From: Candidatus Omnitrophota bacterium
Lineage (GTDB): Bacteria > Omnitrophota > Gorgyraeia > Gygaellales > Profunditerraquicolaceae
Direction of reading: 5' to 3'
NCBI GenBank assembly: GCA_023819035.1
Contig: JAMWCL010000001.1
Location: 2,226-66,225 of the forward strand
DNA: 64,000 nt
Shown: piece by piece, positions 62,651 through 64,000 of the stretch
Layout: each line of letters opens with the position of its first letter
Numbering within the stretch: position 1 is the stretch's first letter
Notes under the pieces: model-generated
The model's database searches: none
Seen by the model: the letters and a program-made list of their open reading frames with translations, nothing else
Told to the model about the DNA's origin: nothing
Position numbers and translations under genes: made by a program

Positions 62651-64000
62651 TTCTCTCGTTCTGCCTGTTTCTTACTTAGACTGATCCTGCCTAAATCATC
62701 TATTCCAATCACCTTCACCTTAACCTCATCCCCTACCTTAACTACATCTTCAATATCTCTCACAAAATAATCCGCTAATTCAGAGATATGGATTAAACCT
62801 TCCTTTCCTGGAGCTATCTCGCAAAAAGCACCATAAGGAGCAAGACGCTTTATCTTACCTATATAAATATCTCCCACCTCTATCTCTTCAGTTATTGCCT
62901 TAATCATTTTAATCGCCTCTTCGGATTTTGTAGGATTTGTAGAGGCAATCAAAACTGTCCCATCTTCTCGAATATCAATAGTGGTACCTGTGGAGGCGAT
63001 AATCTTTTTTATCGTCTTTCCACCCGGACCGATAAGATCACCTATCTTTTCAGGTTTTATCTTAATTGATTCTATACGCGGAGCATATATAGATAATTCT
63101 GGACGAGAATGGGGCAAAACCTGCCGCATCTTTTCTAATACAATTGCCCTTGCCTGCTTTGCTTGAAGAAGGGCTTGTTCTAATAAATCCAGATCAATTC
63201 CATCTATCTTTAAATCCAGTTGCAATGCAGTAATCCCGGTTTTAGTACCTGCCACCTTAAAATCCATATCCCCAAAATGATCCTCAAGCCCGGTGATATC
63301 GGTAAGAAGAACAGAGCGATTATCCTCTTTAATTAAACCTAAAGCTATACCTCCGACTGCATCCTTTATCGGCACTCCTGCATCCATAAGAGAAAGACTA
63401 GCAGCACATACAGTAGCCATACTAGAAGAACCGTTTGATTCTAAGATCTCAGAGACTACCCTTACTGTATAAGGAAACCTCTCTTTAGAAGGCATCACCG
63501 CAAGAAGCGCTCTCTCTGCTAAGGCACCATGCCCGATCTCTCTACGACCCGGTCCGCGTACGGGAGCAATCTCTCCTACACTAAAGGGAGGAAAGCTATA
63601 ATGTAGCATAAAGGATTTGTATTTTTCTCCTTCCAGGGCTTCTATTAATTGCTCATCCTCCCCTGTACCTAAGGTGGTTACCGCAAGGCTTTGGGTTGAA
63701 CCCCGCGTAAATAGACTTGAACCATGGGTACGGGGTAAAACTGAAACCACGCATTCAATTGGCCTAATCTCATCAAAACCCCTGCCATCTATACGAATAT
63801 TTTCTTCTAATATCTTTTTTCTGACTTCCTCTTTCTCTAATTCATTTAAGGCTAATTTGATATCAAAGGGCAAAAAACCTTCTTGACTAAGTGTATTTTC
63901 TAATTCTTTATATAATAAATCCAGCATCTCTTCGCGTTCTTCTTTCTTAGATAGCTTATATATTTGTTTTATTTTATCTAAGGATAAATGTTTAATTCTT
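62647..64000 (-). CDS. pnp: Polynucleotide phosphorylase, 3' (C-terminal) part. The 5' part lies beyond the window end.
   Basis: Second RNase PH domain ([12 protein letters not shown]...), KH ([15 protein letters not shown]), S1 ([20 protein letters not shown]). The frame stays open upstream past 64000 (..[29 protein letters not shown]..), so the Met at 63925-63927 is internal. Confidence 0.85.
   Translation of the reverse strand, partial: RIKHLSLDKIKQIYKLSKKEEREEMLDLLYKELENTLSQEGFLPFDIKLALNELEKEEVRKKILEENIRIDGRGFDEIRPIECVVSVLPRTHGSSLFTRGSTQSLAVTTLGTGEDEQLIEALEGEKYKSFMLHYSFPPFSVGEIAPVRGPGRREIGHGALAERALLAVMPSKERFPYTVRVVSEILESNGSSSMATVCAASLSLMDAGVPIKDAVGGIALGLIKEDNRSVLLTDITGLEDHFGDMDFKVAGTKTGITALQLDLKIDGIDLDLLEQALLQAKQARAIVLEKMRQVLPHSRPELSIYAPRIESIKIKPEKIGDLIGPGGKTIKKIIASTGTTIDIREDGTVLIASTNPTKSEEAIKMIKAITEEIEVGDIYIGKIKRLAPYGAFCEIAPGKEGLIHISELADYFVRDIEDVVKVGDEVKVKVIGIDDLGRISLSKKQAEREK

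Noticed and set aside
63925-63927. Apparent start codon of the 426-aa ORF (MLDLLYK...)
   Set aside because: The reading frame remains open upstream to the window edge and the upstream residues continue the PNPase helical linker. This is an internal Met of a full-length pnp gene truncated by the window.

Overview
The window is AT-rich bacterial chromosome, and almost every gene is on the minus strand. Read from high to low coordinates it contains:
- **Housekeeping genes (64000-50600):** the 3' half of pnp, ftsK, a rodZ-like gene, a RimO/MiaB methylthiotransferase, pgsA and pgpA. A riboflavin operon (ribBA-ribH-nusB-PHP-ribD-ribE) sits behind a clear FMN riboswitch and a consensus sigma-70 promoter. 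Then come tRNA-Pro(CGG) and pckG.
- **Repair and maintenance genes (50600-41000):** ligA, acyP, xerD, a CCA/poly(A) polymerase family enzyme and neighbouring genes.
- **Nine-gene unit (41000-32620):** two ExeA-like AAA ATPases, an HD-GYP c-di-GMP phosphodiesterase and a Wza-like export protein lead into a RiPP-like cassette (PqqD RRE, radical SAM/SPASM, HprK-related kinase, S24/S26 peptidase-SAM methyltransferase-nucleotidyltransferase fusion). The genes are packed tightly enough that co-transcription is plausible. I found an unannotated 54-aa Cys/Ser-rich ORF with a strong Shine-Dalgarno whose ATG overlaps the rSAM stop. It is the best candidate precursor peptide. This cassette is the most interesting system in the window.
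- **Convergent ABC-2 exporter (31029-32634):** it lies on the plus strand and faces the cassette.
- **Surface glycan locus (30910-12993):** about 18 kb with a Wzc tyrosine kinase, an O-antigen ligase/polymerase, a Wzx flippase, six glycosyltransferases, three paralogous Zn-ribbon methyltransferases, WbqC, a PIG-L deacetylase and WecA.
- **Remaining minus-strand genes (12993-1):** a pcm-nfi-ECF sigma-anti-sigma-CHAT protease operon, with the CHAT domain N-terminal of a transmembrane helix and TPRs. A likely small RNA lies in the 460-bp gap upstream of that operon. Downstream of that gap are a BNR-repeat secreted protein, then a thioredoxin with an odd CMPC active site, and a Pta gene whose N-terminal DRTGG domain is a separate ORF.
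No CRISPR arrays, IS elements or prophage genes were seen.
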